Positions 8,823-16,838 are shown, counted from the stretch's first letter. The stretch: DNA of 20,000 bases from an uncultured virus (IMG/VR IMGVR_UViG_3300042988_001414) (IMGVR_UViG_3300042988_001414); one strand, 5' to 3'. Notes: a model not told the origin generated them from the letters alone. Numbers and translations are program-made.

Positions 8823-9271
8823 GCGTCATCCTTGGTTCCGTGCGGGTCCACACCATTGAGCTTCAGCCTCATGATGTGGATGTCGAACTTGGTCACGACG
8901 GCCTCGTTGCCTTGCTTCGGAGCATCCTCGACCTTGGTGATCCGGACGCCGAAGAGCTCGTCGGTGACGATGCCCCCTTCGCCGTCTTCGTCGTAGGAGA
9001 CGGTGATGGAGAACCGCTTCAGCATGAAGCCGTCACCCATCGACTTGATCAGCTTGGCAGCCTGACCCTTGAGCATCGAGAAGGAGCCGTCGGCGTCGGC
9101 CTCTCCTGCCGTCGTTGCCTTCACGCGACGGCCGAGACCTCGGACCTTGCCCGGATCGAGCGAAGGCGAGTAGGTGATCTCGGTGAGGTCTGGCGTGTCG
9201 ATGCCGTCGATCGCAAAGCCGATGGACGCCCACGAGTAGGCGTTGCCGTTGATGATGGGCGCGTCTGCCAT
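8819..9271 (-). CDS. Tail tube protein (150 aa from MADAPIING)
   Basis: GGAG RBS before ATG 9271. 'INGNAYSWASI...ITVSY...TDEL.GVRI' pattern; directly follows the sheath gene. Confidence 0.85.
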   Translation of the reverse strand: MADAPIINGNAYSWASIGFAIDGIDTPDLTEITYSPSLDPGKVRGLGRRVKATTAGEADADGSFSMLKGQAAKLIKSMGDGFMLKRFSITVSYDEDGEGGIVTDELFGVRITKVEDAPKQGNEAVVTKFDIHIMRLKLNGVDPHGTKDDA

Positions 9272-9289
9272 GGTGATCTCCAGATGTGC

Positions 9290-9332
9290 AAACAACGACG
9301 CCGCGGACCGGTGAGGCCGCGAGCGTCGTTGC
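9290..9332 (-). terminator. Intergenic stem-loop (weak terminator/attenuator or RNA processing site)
   Basis: caacgacgc (9293-9301) pairs with gcgtcgttg (9323-9331); cgcgg pairs with ccgcg inside. Followed by only UUU on the minus strand. Confidence 0.45.
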
Positions 9333-9347
9333 TAGTTGAGTGGCCTG

Positions 9348-10790
9348 TCAGGCGGGGACGAGCGCGGGGTTGACGAAGCCGATGTCGGTCTCGATGAACT
9401 TCGCGTAGCCCTTCGGACGAATGCGGACCTTCGTGCGGAGCGTCTGCGTCGTCAGGATGTTGTTCGTGCGATCGACCTTGACCGACGTGTCGCTGACGCG
9501 GTTCTTCGAGGTGAGGTCCGCCGAGAGGATGCCGTTGATCTTGGTCTCGATCGCACGCGCGTCCGCTTCGACGATGAGCCCAGCAGCGTCGACGCGCACG
9601 GCGTCATCGTTGAGGTACTCGAAGAGGTTGGAGTAGTTGAGCGTGCACGCCCGATCCATCAACCGACGGAACTGGATGAACTGGTAGTCGCTCGTCGTCG
9701 ACGCCATCATGCGGCCGTTCGTGACGAAGAACCCGCTCTTGCCCGCGTACGTTCGGAGCGTGATGAAGCGCGCCGCGTCGAGTCCTTCGGTGACGAATTC
9801 GTCGCGGTAGATCTTGGTCACGCCCTTGAGCGGTCCGCCCTCGGAGTCGGCCTTCGTGCGCGCCACGTCGCGGCGGATGTCCTGCTTCGAGATGCGAGCA
9901 ACGACGGGCCAGGCCGCGTTGCGCTTCATCACCTTGCCGTTCGCGACGAGCTCGCAGTACCCGGCCGACACGCCAACACGCGTCGAGAAGAACGAGGTGA
10001 ACGCTGCGATGATGTTCGCGTCTGTGTCCTCGGGACACTCGACGATGGAGAAGACGTAGCGGAAGACGTTCTCCTCGGCAGCCATCTTGACGTCGACCGC
10101 CGCCGCGATCGTCGCCGCGCCGGATGGAGTCGAGGCCGCACCCACGATGTGGATGAAGCCGAATCGAGCCGAAGCAAAAGTCGTCCGAAGCGCGTCGAGT
10201 GCGTTGTTGACGTCGGTGGAGGAGAAGCCCGGAGCCGTGCACGTGAACGAGTGCGTGTCGTCCACCACGAAGGCGGTGCCCGCGCCGTTCGCGAACGTGA
10301 CGGTGACGCCGGTGTTCGGGACGGCGTAGACGCCACCGACCGGCATCGCGATGTCGGCGCTGTAGTTGTCGCCGCCGTCGACGGAGTACTTGAACGTCGC
10401 CGTCGCCGCAGCGAGGTTGGCGCCGCCCTTGGTGATGACGAACTTGAACTCGTAGCCGTCGTTCGGCGTGCCGCTGACGGTCATCGTGCCGGTCGACGTT
10501 CCTGCGCCGCCGCGAACGACAGTCACCGATCCGTTGGTGCCGGCGACCGAGCTGTTGATCTTCATCAGCCCGATCGATCCGCCGGCGACCTGGAGGTGAT
10601 AGACCGCCTTGTCGACGAGCGGCCCGACTCCGAAGTCCGCCTTGACCTTGTCTGGGTCCGAGTAGAACGCGAGGACGTTGTTCGTCCCGAGCGAAGACAC
10701 TCCGACCGCGACGTGGGTCGAGCTGTCATCCGGCTCGGCAAGGCCAAGCCCGCCATCGGCGATGGTCTGAGTCACTTTCGGAAGCGGCAT
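9348..10790 (-). CDS. Contractile tail sheath protein (DUF2586-like, 480 aa)
   Basis: N-terminal 'LPKVTQTIADGGLG...FGVGPL'; C-terminal 'LDAARFITLRTYAGKSGFFVTNGRM...SDYQFIQFRRLMDRAC...IRPKGYAKFIETDIGFVNP'. Confidence 0.9.
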   Translation of the reverse strand: MPLPKVTQTIADGGLGLAEPDDSSTHVAVGVSSLGTNNVLAFYSDPDKVKADFGVGPLVDKAVYHLQVAGGSIGLMKINSSVAGTNGSVTVVRGGAGTSTGTMTVSGTPNDGYEFKFVITKGGANLAAATATFKYSVDGGDNYSADIAMPVGGVYAVPNTGVTVTFANGAGTAFVVDDTHSFTCTAPGFSSTDVNNALDALRTTFASARFGFIHIVGAASTPSGAATIAAAVDVKMAAEENVFRYVFSIVECPEDTDANIIAAFTSFFSTRVGVSAGYCELVANGKVMKRNAAWPVVARISKQDIRRDVARTKADSEGGPLKGVTKIYRDEFVTEGLDAARFITLRTYAGKSGFFVTNGRMMASTTSDYQFIQFRRLMDRACTLNYSNLFEYLNDDAVRVDAAGLIVEADARAIETKINGILSADLTSKNRVSDTSVKVDRTNNILTTQTLRTKVRIRPKGYAKFIETDIGFVNPALVPA

Positions 10791-10980
10791 GATGGATCTC
10801 TCCCGTTCGCGTCGCTTCCTCAGCGCGCGTCGTTTCGGTTGCTCGAATCAAGCGAGACGGTCAGGAGGCCGAACAACCCCTGCCAGCGCTCGCAACGCTC
10901 TCACTCACACGGATCATCACCGCGGACCGGTTGTCTCTCCGGCGCCCCGCGACTCCCCGCTCGGCGATGTGAAGTACTTC

Positions 10981-11220
10981 TCAGCGACAGACGACTGCGT
11001 CTTCGCCTTCGAGCGGCGTGCCTGCCGCCCAGCGAACGGCCTTCTCGTAGACCGCTTGTGTGACCTCTTGCCCGATCGCCCAGCCCTTGCCGACCTTGGT
11101 TGCGGCGAACAACCAGTCAGGCGTGCCGAGGATGTCGCGCCAATGCTCGATCGGCTTGAGGTCCGGTGAGGCCATGGCGCTCTCCACTTCGAAGGCTTGC
11201 TCAGACTTTGACTTGCTCAT
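10981..11220 (-). CDS. Small hypothetical protein preceding the sheath (79 aa from MSKSKSEQ)
   Basis: ATG at 11220 overlaps the upstream TGA (ATGA). The track's longer start overlaps the preceding gene. Contains 'WLFAATKVGKGWAIGQEVT'. Confidence 0.7.
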   Translation of the reverse strand: MSKSKSEQAFEVESAMASPDLKPIEHWRDILGTPDWLFAATKVGKGWAIGQEVTQAVYEKAVRWAAGTPLEGEDAVVCR

Positions 11221-11723
11221 GGTTCGCCCCAGTCGACGTTGGTATCGCCGGCGACAGAGCCGACTGTGTCCGCTTGGATGGTTGCGATCTTCGCCTTCAC
11301 GTACGGGCGATCCTGCACCGGAGTCTCGATCTCGAACGTGACGAGGCACGCGTGGCCGTGGCTGATCTCGTCCGGTTGGATCCAGTCCTCTCCGACGGTG
11401 CGGACCGAGCCCCACGCCACCTTGTGCAGCGCGACGATCAGGTTCGACACGAGCTCGTCGCACGCGTCGAGACTCTTGCGCCCGTCCGGATCGTCGCCGT
11501 CCGCCACGGCCCAGCAGTGGGCGACGATGGTGCGGATCCTCGTGCGGAGGTTCTTCGGGTTCGTGCTCTTCCGAGGCGCGTCGTGCTTCGCTGTCGTTGG
11601 AACCCAGACCACGCTGGGAAGCGCTCGCTGGTGAGCCAAGTCTCGCGCGCCAGTCCCGAACGAGATCGTCGGGTAGATCGTGACGAGCCTGGATTCGAGC
11701 TCCTCAAGGAGTGCGGAGAGCAC
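11217..11723 (-). CDS. Putative tail terminator/completion protein (Mu gp37-like, 168 aa)
   Basis: Position between the virion morphogenesis gene and the sheath; alpha/beta pattern 'LPSVVWVP...IVAHCWA...LVTFEIETPV'. Confidence 0.6.
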   Translation of the reverse strand: MLSALLEELESRLVTIYPTISFGTGARDLAHQRALPSVVWVPTTAKHDAPRKSTNPKNLRTRIRTIVAHCWAVADGDDPDGRKSLDACDELVSNLIVALHKVAWGSVRTVGEDWIQPDEISHGHACLVTFEIETPVQDRPYVKAKIATIQADTVGSVAGDTNVDWGEP

Positions 11724-11726
11724 GGG

Positions 11727-12245
11727 TCATCCCTTCATGATTCTCGAAAGGAAGCGCGTTGCCGCGGCCTCCATCGGCTCGCGCCAGTTGCCGAGCGATC
11801 CCTCAGGGACCATCTGCCGGCGCGGGATGACGACCTTGGTGGCAAAGATCCAAGGCGTGAACGAACGCCGGCGCGTCTGCTTCTTCCCACGGAAGACGAG
11901 GAAGCGGCCGTTCTTCGGCGTGATGGTCGCGCCGTACTGATGCACCCGCGCCCCGATGAAGTTGGTTCCGATGCGGACGACCGAGCGTGAAGGCTGGTAG
12001 GAGAAGGATGATCGAAGCCGCCCGGTATCGAGCAACGGCTTCCCGCCCGTGCGCAGCTTCAGCGGAGCCCACGGATTCCCGTACGGGTCGGTGCTACTTC
12101 GAAAGCCCAGTTGGAGCTCGGCGAGCATCGCCGCTCCGACGACATTGGAGAGCCCAAGTTGACGGTCGTTCGACGCGAGCTTCTTCACCTTCGCTTGGAG
12201 CTTGGCGAGCGCGCTGAAGTCCCCTCGGATGTTCGCGCGGCTCAT
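11727..12245 (-). CDS. Phage virion morphogenesis/neck protein (Mu gpG / P2 gpS family)
   Basis: Hallmark 'DPYGNPWAPLK...LLDTGRLRSS...IGTNFIGARVHQYG...IPRRQMVP'. ATGA-coupled start at 12245. Confidence 0.88.
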   Translation of the reverse strand: MSRANIRGDFSALAKLQAKVKKLASNDRQLGLSNVVGAAMLAELQLGFRSSTDPYGNPWAPLKLRTGGKPLLDTGRLRSSFSYQPSRSVVRIGTNFIGARVHQYGATITPKNGRFLVFRGKKQTRRRSFTPWIFATKVVIPRRQMVPEGSLGNWREPMEAAATRFLSRIMKG

Positions 12246-12970
12246 CGCCATCCCCTCGATGGGAAGGTCACGGTGAAGGCCTCACCAGCACCCTCGGTGT
12301 CCGTCCCTGGAGTGGACGAGTCCACCAAGCCGATGGGGTTGAACGTGCCGTCGGCGACGTCACGCAGCCACGCCATCGCGTCTTCGTACCGCTTGCGGAC
12401 TTGGTCGTCGTCGCCGTCGGGGTTGTAGCCGCGCGTCGCGAGGAGCTCGTACGTTGCGATCTTGACGACGGCGAGCGTGATATCACCGCCCCACGCGGTG
12501 ATCGGGAGCGTGTAGCGTCGCGACAGGATGCCCGCCGCGACCTCCGTGGTGGCGGCAAGCTGCTCCGCCTTGTCGGTCGTGGACAGCTTGACCATCGCTG
12601 GCATGGGCGAGCCCTTGCCAGCGAGGTCGATCAGATTCGCGAACGACGTGCCCTTCGTTCCGCTGACCGAGAGAGTAACCGATCCGCTCGTGAGCTTGTA
12701 TGCAACGCGCACGTACCGATCCGGCGAGACCGCGCTGACCTTCTCCGATGAGACGGAGCCGGCCTGCGCGTACGAGGCGAACGACTTCCACGGCCCGCTC
12801 GCCGATGGAGCGCACTCCAGCGAGACGTTGATCGCGCCGGTCGCTGCGGTGATGTCGAGCGTCTGCCGAAGCAGACGATCCGTCGCGCCAAGGTCGACCG
12901 CCGCACCCGCACCGGTCGCACCGATGACGGTCGACGCGAGCAACGTGACGGCGGTTTCCCAGTTGGACAT
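12242..12970 (-). CDS. Head-tail adaptor (Mu gp36/DUF1320-like) with an extra N-terminal beta-rich domain (242 aa)
   Basis: C-terminal 'ILSRRYTLPI...VKIATYELL...KRYEDAMAWLRDVADG' is the gp36 pattern. The N-terminal ~105 aa resemble the products of 12977..13345 and 18466..18792. Confidence 0.85.
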   Translation of the reverse strand: MSNWETAVTLLASTVIGATGAGAAVDLGATDRLLRQTLDITAATGAINVSLECAPSASGPWKSFASYAQAGSVSSEKVSAVSPDRYVRVAYKLTSGSVTLSVSGTKGTSFANLIDLAGKGSPMPAMVKLSTTDKAEQLAATTEVAAGILSRRYTLPITAWGGDITLAVVKIATYELLATRGYNPDGDDDQVRKRYEDAMAWLRDVADGTFNPIGLVDSSTPGTDTEGAGEAFTVTFPSRGWR

Positions 12971-12976
12971 GACGCC

Positions 12977-13345
12977 TTACTTCAGGTCGCCCTTGACCGA
13001 GTAGGTGAAGGACGGGGTGGTCCCGCTGATGGTCGCTACGGCGCGGATGAATCGGTCGAGCGATGTCGCCGAGACACGCTCCGCCGTGGCCGCCGTCGCA
13101 GCGGTGAAGGTGGCGACCGTTCGCCAAGAGCCGAGGCCCGATCCAGATCCGTCCTTGCTCGTCTGGATGGTGACGGTCATCGAAGGGGTGGTGCCGCTCG
13201 CAGCCGTGACCGAGAGCTCGAAGCAACCTGTCCCCTTTTTGACCTCGATCGGAGTCGACTGTCCGGTCGCCGTGCGCGTGGTCGCGTCAAGGAGAACGTC
13301 TTGGTCGACGTCTACAAACTCGCCGTCTTTCGCGGTGTATCCCAT
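12977..13345 (-). CDS. Hypothetical Thr-rich beta-sandwich virion protein (paralogue B, 122 aa)
   Basis: GAGGA RBS. Clear paralogy with 18466..18792 (SGTTPSMTV; RAVATISGTTPSFT). Confidence 0.75.
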   Translation of the reverse strand: MGYTAKDGEFVDVDQDVLLDATTRTATGQSTPIEVKKGTGCFELSVTAASGTTPSMTVTIQTSKDGSGSGLGSWRTVATFTAATAATAERVSATSLDRFIRAVATISGTTPSFTYSVKGDLK

Positions 13346-13353
13346 GATTGTCC

Positions 13354-13614
13354 TCAGATCGCGGCCAATACCGCGGAGGCTTCCCGCTCGGAGAAGCCGG
13401 CTTGTTTCAGTTCATCGACCGTCGCCCCGTCGAGATCCTCGACGGTGCTGTAGCCCGCAGCAACGAGCCGCGAGCGGTAGGGGAAGTCAGCGGCGAGGCT
13501 GGTGCCAGGCTCGGCCTCTTGCTTGGCCTGCCAGACCTCTGCGAGGGACGAGCCCCTGACCGCAGCCTCCAGCCGCTTCCCGAGGTAGTAGCGCCTTGGT
13601 CGCTCGACGCTCAT
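13354..13614 (-). CDS. Hypothetical protein with helix-hairpin-helix-like C-terminus (86 aa)
   Basis: ATGA-coupled. 'LVAAGYSTVEDLDGATVDELKQAGFSEREASAVLAAI' resembles HhH/Rad51-N/NusA-AR small helical domains. Confidence 0.65.
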   Translation of the reverse strand: MSVERPRRYYLGKRLEAAVRGSSLAEVWQAKQEAEPGTSLAADFPYRSRLVAAGYSTVEDLDGATVDELKQAGFSEREASAVLAAI

Positions 13615-13880
13615 CGCGGTCGGCGGCGCTTGTCCGTGGCCTCCGCATCGGTGGACGATGCGGCCTCAGCAGCCGGCGCCTCGGCAGGCGCGGCAGCCGG
13701 CGGTGATGGGGCCGCTTCCTTGGGCGCAGCCGGCTGGTTTGCAGCCAGCTTCGCTTCGAGCTCGGCGTTTCGGATCCGCTCGAGGCGCAGCTTTTCTTCG
13801 AGCACAGCCTCCTGCGGACGCGAAGGGTTCTCTGCCGGCTCGGCGAAAGCGCGGTGCCGGCGAAGGAGTCCGATGCCCAT
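13611..13880 (-). CDS. Hypothetical Ala/Pro/Glu-rich protein after the capsid gene (89 aa)
   Basis: Starts 5 nt after the capsid stop; short coiled coil, low-complexity linker and basic tail KRRRPR; coupled to the next gene. Confidence 0.65.
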   Translation of the reverse strand: MGIGLLRRHRAFAEPAENPSRPQEAVLEEKLRLERIRNAELEAKLAANQPAAPKEAAPSPPAAAPAEAPAAEAASSTDAEATDKRRRPR

Positions 13881-13885
13881 GACGA

Positions 13886-15103
13886 TCAGGTCCAGTTGCG
13901 GACGTTGTGCTCGATGACGACGACACCAGGCTTGGTGCCGCCACGACGACGGCGGTACCGGAGCGCCGCCGCGTAGAGGTGCATCGCGCCGACAGCGCTG
14001 TCGTTCAGGATGTCCTTGTCCGTGAGGAGGGTGAGCGCGTCACGGTTGAACCAGAAGCCGAACGCCGCCCGCTTGATGATGAGCGAGCGGATCTTCAGGC
14101 GCGCCGTCGCAACGTAGGTGTTGTCCACGTTGTACGTGCCGTTGGCGAACGTGGCCGTGATGCCGGTCGCGCCGTTCACGCCGATGAGCGAGTCGACCGC
14201 CGTGTCGGTGAGCGCGATCGCGCCGCCGCCGTTTGGGATGGTGAGCTCGGCCGAGTAGCTCGTGCCGCCGTCGACCGAGAACTTGAACTTGGCCGTGCCG
14301 TTCGACGAGCCGCCCACGCTCACGATGATCTTGAGCGAGAACGCACCGAGCGGGCTGCCCGCCAGCGTGACCGTGGGGGGCGAGGTACCCGCCGACGTCA
14401 CCGCCGTCATCGTGCTCCCAGTGGTCGGGAGACGATCCGAGACCATGAGCGGAACGCCCATGAAGCGCGGCATCTCCCCGTCACGCGGGTCCGAGATGAG
14501 CGGACGCCCCGATCCGTCGCGGAGCTTGTAGAGGTCGCCGAGCGTGGTCGAGTGGACCGCGAGCCCAACGATCTCGTCCTGCTCGTCACCGAACATCATC
14601 TTCGAGTCGGTCATCAGGTCGTAGTCGAAGAACACCGGCGTCGTGAGGCTGTGGGCAGACTTGACCAAGCCGCCGCCGTTCTGCGGCGACACGGCCTCGT
14701 CGATGAGCCGCTTGTCCATCGCGCGCGCCGCGGCGGTGACCACCTGCGCGGCGGCCTCCTGGTAGGCATCGCCGCCCTTGGCGATCGTGCCCCAGCGCGT
14801 GACCTCGAACGCGAGGCTGTCGCGGCTGACGGTCGCCTTCTCGCTGGTCTGCGAGATCTTGCTAGGCGTGACAGCCGACCCGTCGGCGTTCGGAGCGAAG
14901 TCTCCGATGACACCGAAGTAGGGGACCTCGACCGTCGTGCCGATCGCGTTGCGGTCGCCCGTGAAGCCGTCGCTGGTGACGACGGCGCCGGTGCGAGCAA
15001 GCATCGAGTCGCCCTGGAAGACGTTCTTCTGCGCGAACGCTCCCTGGACCGTCTCGACGAAGATTTCGGGGATGAGGATGTCAGACTTGGTCGTGCGAGC
15101 CAT
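13886..15103 (-). CDS. Major capsid protein (HK97 fold, 405 aa from MARTTKSD) with an inserted domain
   Basis: GGAG RBS before ATG 15103. Motifs 'LIPEIF...GTTVEVPYF...AMDKRLI...LAVHSTTLGDL...FMGVPLMVSDRLP'; follows the protease/scaffold gene. Confidence 0.88.
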   Translation of the reverse strand: MARTTKSDILIPEIFVETVQGAFAQKNVFQGDSMLARTGAVVTSDGFTGDRNAIGTTVEVPYFGVIGDFAPNADGSAVTPSKISQTSEKATVSRDSLAFEVTRWGTIAKGGDAYQEAAAQVVTAAARAMDKRLIDEAVSPQNGGGLVKSAHSLTTPVFFDYDLMTDSKMMFGDEQDEIVGLAVHSTTLGDLYKLRDGSGRPLISDPRDGEMPRFMGVPLMVSDRLPTTGSTMTAVTSAGTSPPTVTLAGSPLGAFSLKIIVSVGGSSNGTAKFKFSVDGGTSYSAELTIPNGGGAIALTDTAVDSLIGVNGATGITATFANGTYNVDNTYVATARLKIRSLIIKRAAFGFWFNRDALTLLTDKDILNDSAVGAMHLYAAALRYRRRRGGTKPGVVVIEHNVRNWT

Positions 15104-15123
15104 GGGTTGGGATCTCCGATTCG

Positions 15124-15229
15124 AAAACGCCGCCGCCCCGCACACGCGCTCGGCGTGGCAGGGTGTTTGGCTGTCTGGTCTATGGGACAGTCCGCGCTAC
15201 GCCGCGGCGGCGCCCGCGAGACTCGCGGG
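15124..15229 (-). promoter_or_regulatory. Structured intergenic leader upstream of the major capsid gene
   Basis: Perfect inverted repeat CCCGCGAG-a-CTCGCGGG (15213-15229). An 8-bp outer stem (15128-15135/15205-15212) encloses two inner hairpins and is followed by UUUU on the minus strand. Confidence 0.45.
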
Positions 15230-15237
15230 TGGATTCA

Positions 15238-16311
15238 TCAGGCGGCGGAGGCCGCGGCCTTCATCGCCTCGTAGAGGTCGTGGTTCGCGACGTAGAGATC
15301 GTGCTTCTCGCCGGGCGAAAGCTCGCTCCACGTCTTGCCGTTCCAGGACTGAGCCGCCAGCGTGTGGCTGCCCTGCTTCTCCTGCGCCTCCGACGCGAGC
15401 GCCGGGATGGGCACCTGGAGTTCGATGAACGCCTTGACGAAGTCGAGCGGCTTGTCCGCGAGCGTCTTCACCTGGTGAGGCGTGAGCTTCTTCTCCGCCT
15501 TCGCCTTCTCGATGACGGAGTCGCGCTCCATGTCGTCGAGCTTCTTGGCGAGCTCCACGCCCTTGGCGATCGCGTCCTTGCCGGCAGCGATGACGCCGAG
15601 CGCGGCATCGACAGAGCTCGAGCCGCACGCATCGAGGATGGAGCCAAGAGAGCGCTCGCGTTCCTTCGAGGTGGTCTCGAGCCGCTTGATGGCGTCGATG
15701 ACGTCGGGCTCCTTGGCGTCGGTGGGAAGAGAGAGAATCGCGGCGAGCGTGACGAGGATGGACATGGGAGCTTTCTCCGGTTGGGTTGGAGCGCCGCGCG
15801 TCGCGAGCGCCTTGAGTGTGTCGAAGGTCTTCTTCCCGATGGCGAGCGCCTCCGGGTTCGCGGGGATCGGGACGACTGAGATCTCGATGAGCTCGTTTCC
15901 CGACAGGACCAGGATCTCCTTGTCGGTTCCGATCGGCTTCACGCTGACGTTCTTCGTGCGGAAGCCGACCGACACTGCGCGGATGGATCCTTGAACGATG
16001 CCCTGCCAGACCTGCTCGGCCATCGGGTTCGCCTTCGCGTCCACGAAGTGCAGCTTGGCGAGCAGCTGGTTCTTACCGTCGCTGCCGGTCTCGACGCGCA
16101 CGTCGCTCGCGCGACCGATCGGCATGCCCCAGGAGTTGTGGCCCCAGAGAACGACTGGGTTGGCGAGGTAGCGGCGGAGGTCCCAGTCCTGCGCCACGAT
16201 CTCGCCGTACGAGTCGATCGCCTCGCTGGATGCGATGACGTCGATGGTCCGTTCCTCCTGCGCCATCGCGCGGACCTGGAACGAATGCGAAAGGTGAAGT
16301 AGCTCGCTCAT
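15238..16311 (-). CDS. Prohead maturation protease (HK97-type) fused to a scaffolding domain (357 aa)
   Basis: 'IDSYGEIV...NPVVLWGHN...PIGR...IRAVSVGF...ELIEISVVPIPANPEA' with catalytic His/Ser, followed by a charged helical C-terminal half. Confidence 0.92.
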   Translation of the reverse strand: MSELLHLSHSFQVRAMAQEERTIDVIASSEAIDSYGEIVAQDWDLRRYLANPVVLWGHNSWGMPIGRASDVRVETGSDGKNQLLAKLHFVDAKANPMAEQVWQGIVQGSIRAVSVGFRTKNVSVKPIGTDKEILVLSGNELIEISVVPIPANPEALAIGKKTFDTLKALATRGAPTQPEKAPMSILVTLAAILSLPTDAKEPDVIDAIKRLETTSKERERSLGSILDACGSSSVDAALGVIAAGKDAIAKGVELAKKLDDMERDSVIEKAKAEKKLTPHQVKTLADKPLDFVKAFIELQVPIPALASEAQEKQGSHTLAAQSWNGKTWSELSPGEKHDLYVANHDLYEAMKAAASAA

Positions 16312-16481
16312 GTGTCCTCGACTTGGCGGTTAATCCGGACCACGTCCGGCATGTCATCGCGCTCGTATTCGATGCAGAGACAGAACGCTGCGAGGCATGC
16401 GTGCCGGCGTCCCGTGGCGCGGTCTTCGTAGTGCGTGTGCTTCTCGTGCGCGCAGCGACACGTCTCACGTCGGATGGTCAT
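16308..16481 (-). CDS. Small Cys/His-rich putative zinc-binding protein (57 aa)
   Basis: MTIRRETCRCAHEKHTHYEDRATGRRHACLAAFCLCIEYERDDMPDVVRINRQVEDT. GAGGAG just upstream; its TGA overlaps the protease ATG (ATGA). Not in the ORF track. Confidence 0.7.
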   Translation of the reverse strand: MTIRRETCRCAHEKHTHYEDRATGRRHACLAAFCLCIEYERDDMPDVVRINRQVEDT

Positions 16482-16835
16482 TGCTCCTCGGCATGACTGA
16501 GATGTCGATTAACGACTGCCATCGGCGATGAAGATCGACCACGCAAGTCGCCCATGCGGCTTCACCGCTGGGTTACCGCCTGAGACCTTCTCCCATTGGT
16601 CTTCGGTTCCGTCCTTGCGCTTGTGGCCATCACGCAGACGCCCGCCGACGGCCGACATGAGATGCATCACCAGTCGCTCGGCGCTGACGGCTTCGTCAGT
16701 CCACGGGACTGCCACGACGTCGAGATCGCGTGAGAGGGAACCGTGCACCGCGATCGCGTAGCCGACATCGCGACCGGCTTGCATGAGTTCCGGGAGCAGC
16801 ATCGCGTAAGCGACTGCCGGGCTGACGTCCTTCAT
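16465..16835 (-). pseudogene. Minimal nucleotidyltransferase-like protein (Pol-beta fold), apparently frameshifted near its 3' end
   Basis: 'AIAVHGSLSRDLDVVAVPW' fits the hGS...DxD motif. The ORF stops at CGT TAA (16509); adding one base gives CGT TAy ATC GAC ATC TCA GTC ATG CCG = RYIDISVMPRSNDHPT* ending at 16465. Confidence 0.55.
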
Positions 16836-16838
16836 GTC

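Noticed and set aside
2070..12245. Tailocin, extracellular contractile injection system or T6SS interpretation
   Set aside because: Portal, protease, capsid and neck genes are in the same operon, so this encodes a headed phage particle.
16073..16468. 131-aa track ORF between the NTase-like gene and the protease
   Set aside because: It overlaps the protease by ~240 nt and has low-complexity composition. The 57-aa Cys/His ORF in another frame fits the gap with an RBS and ATGA coupling.
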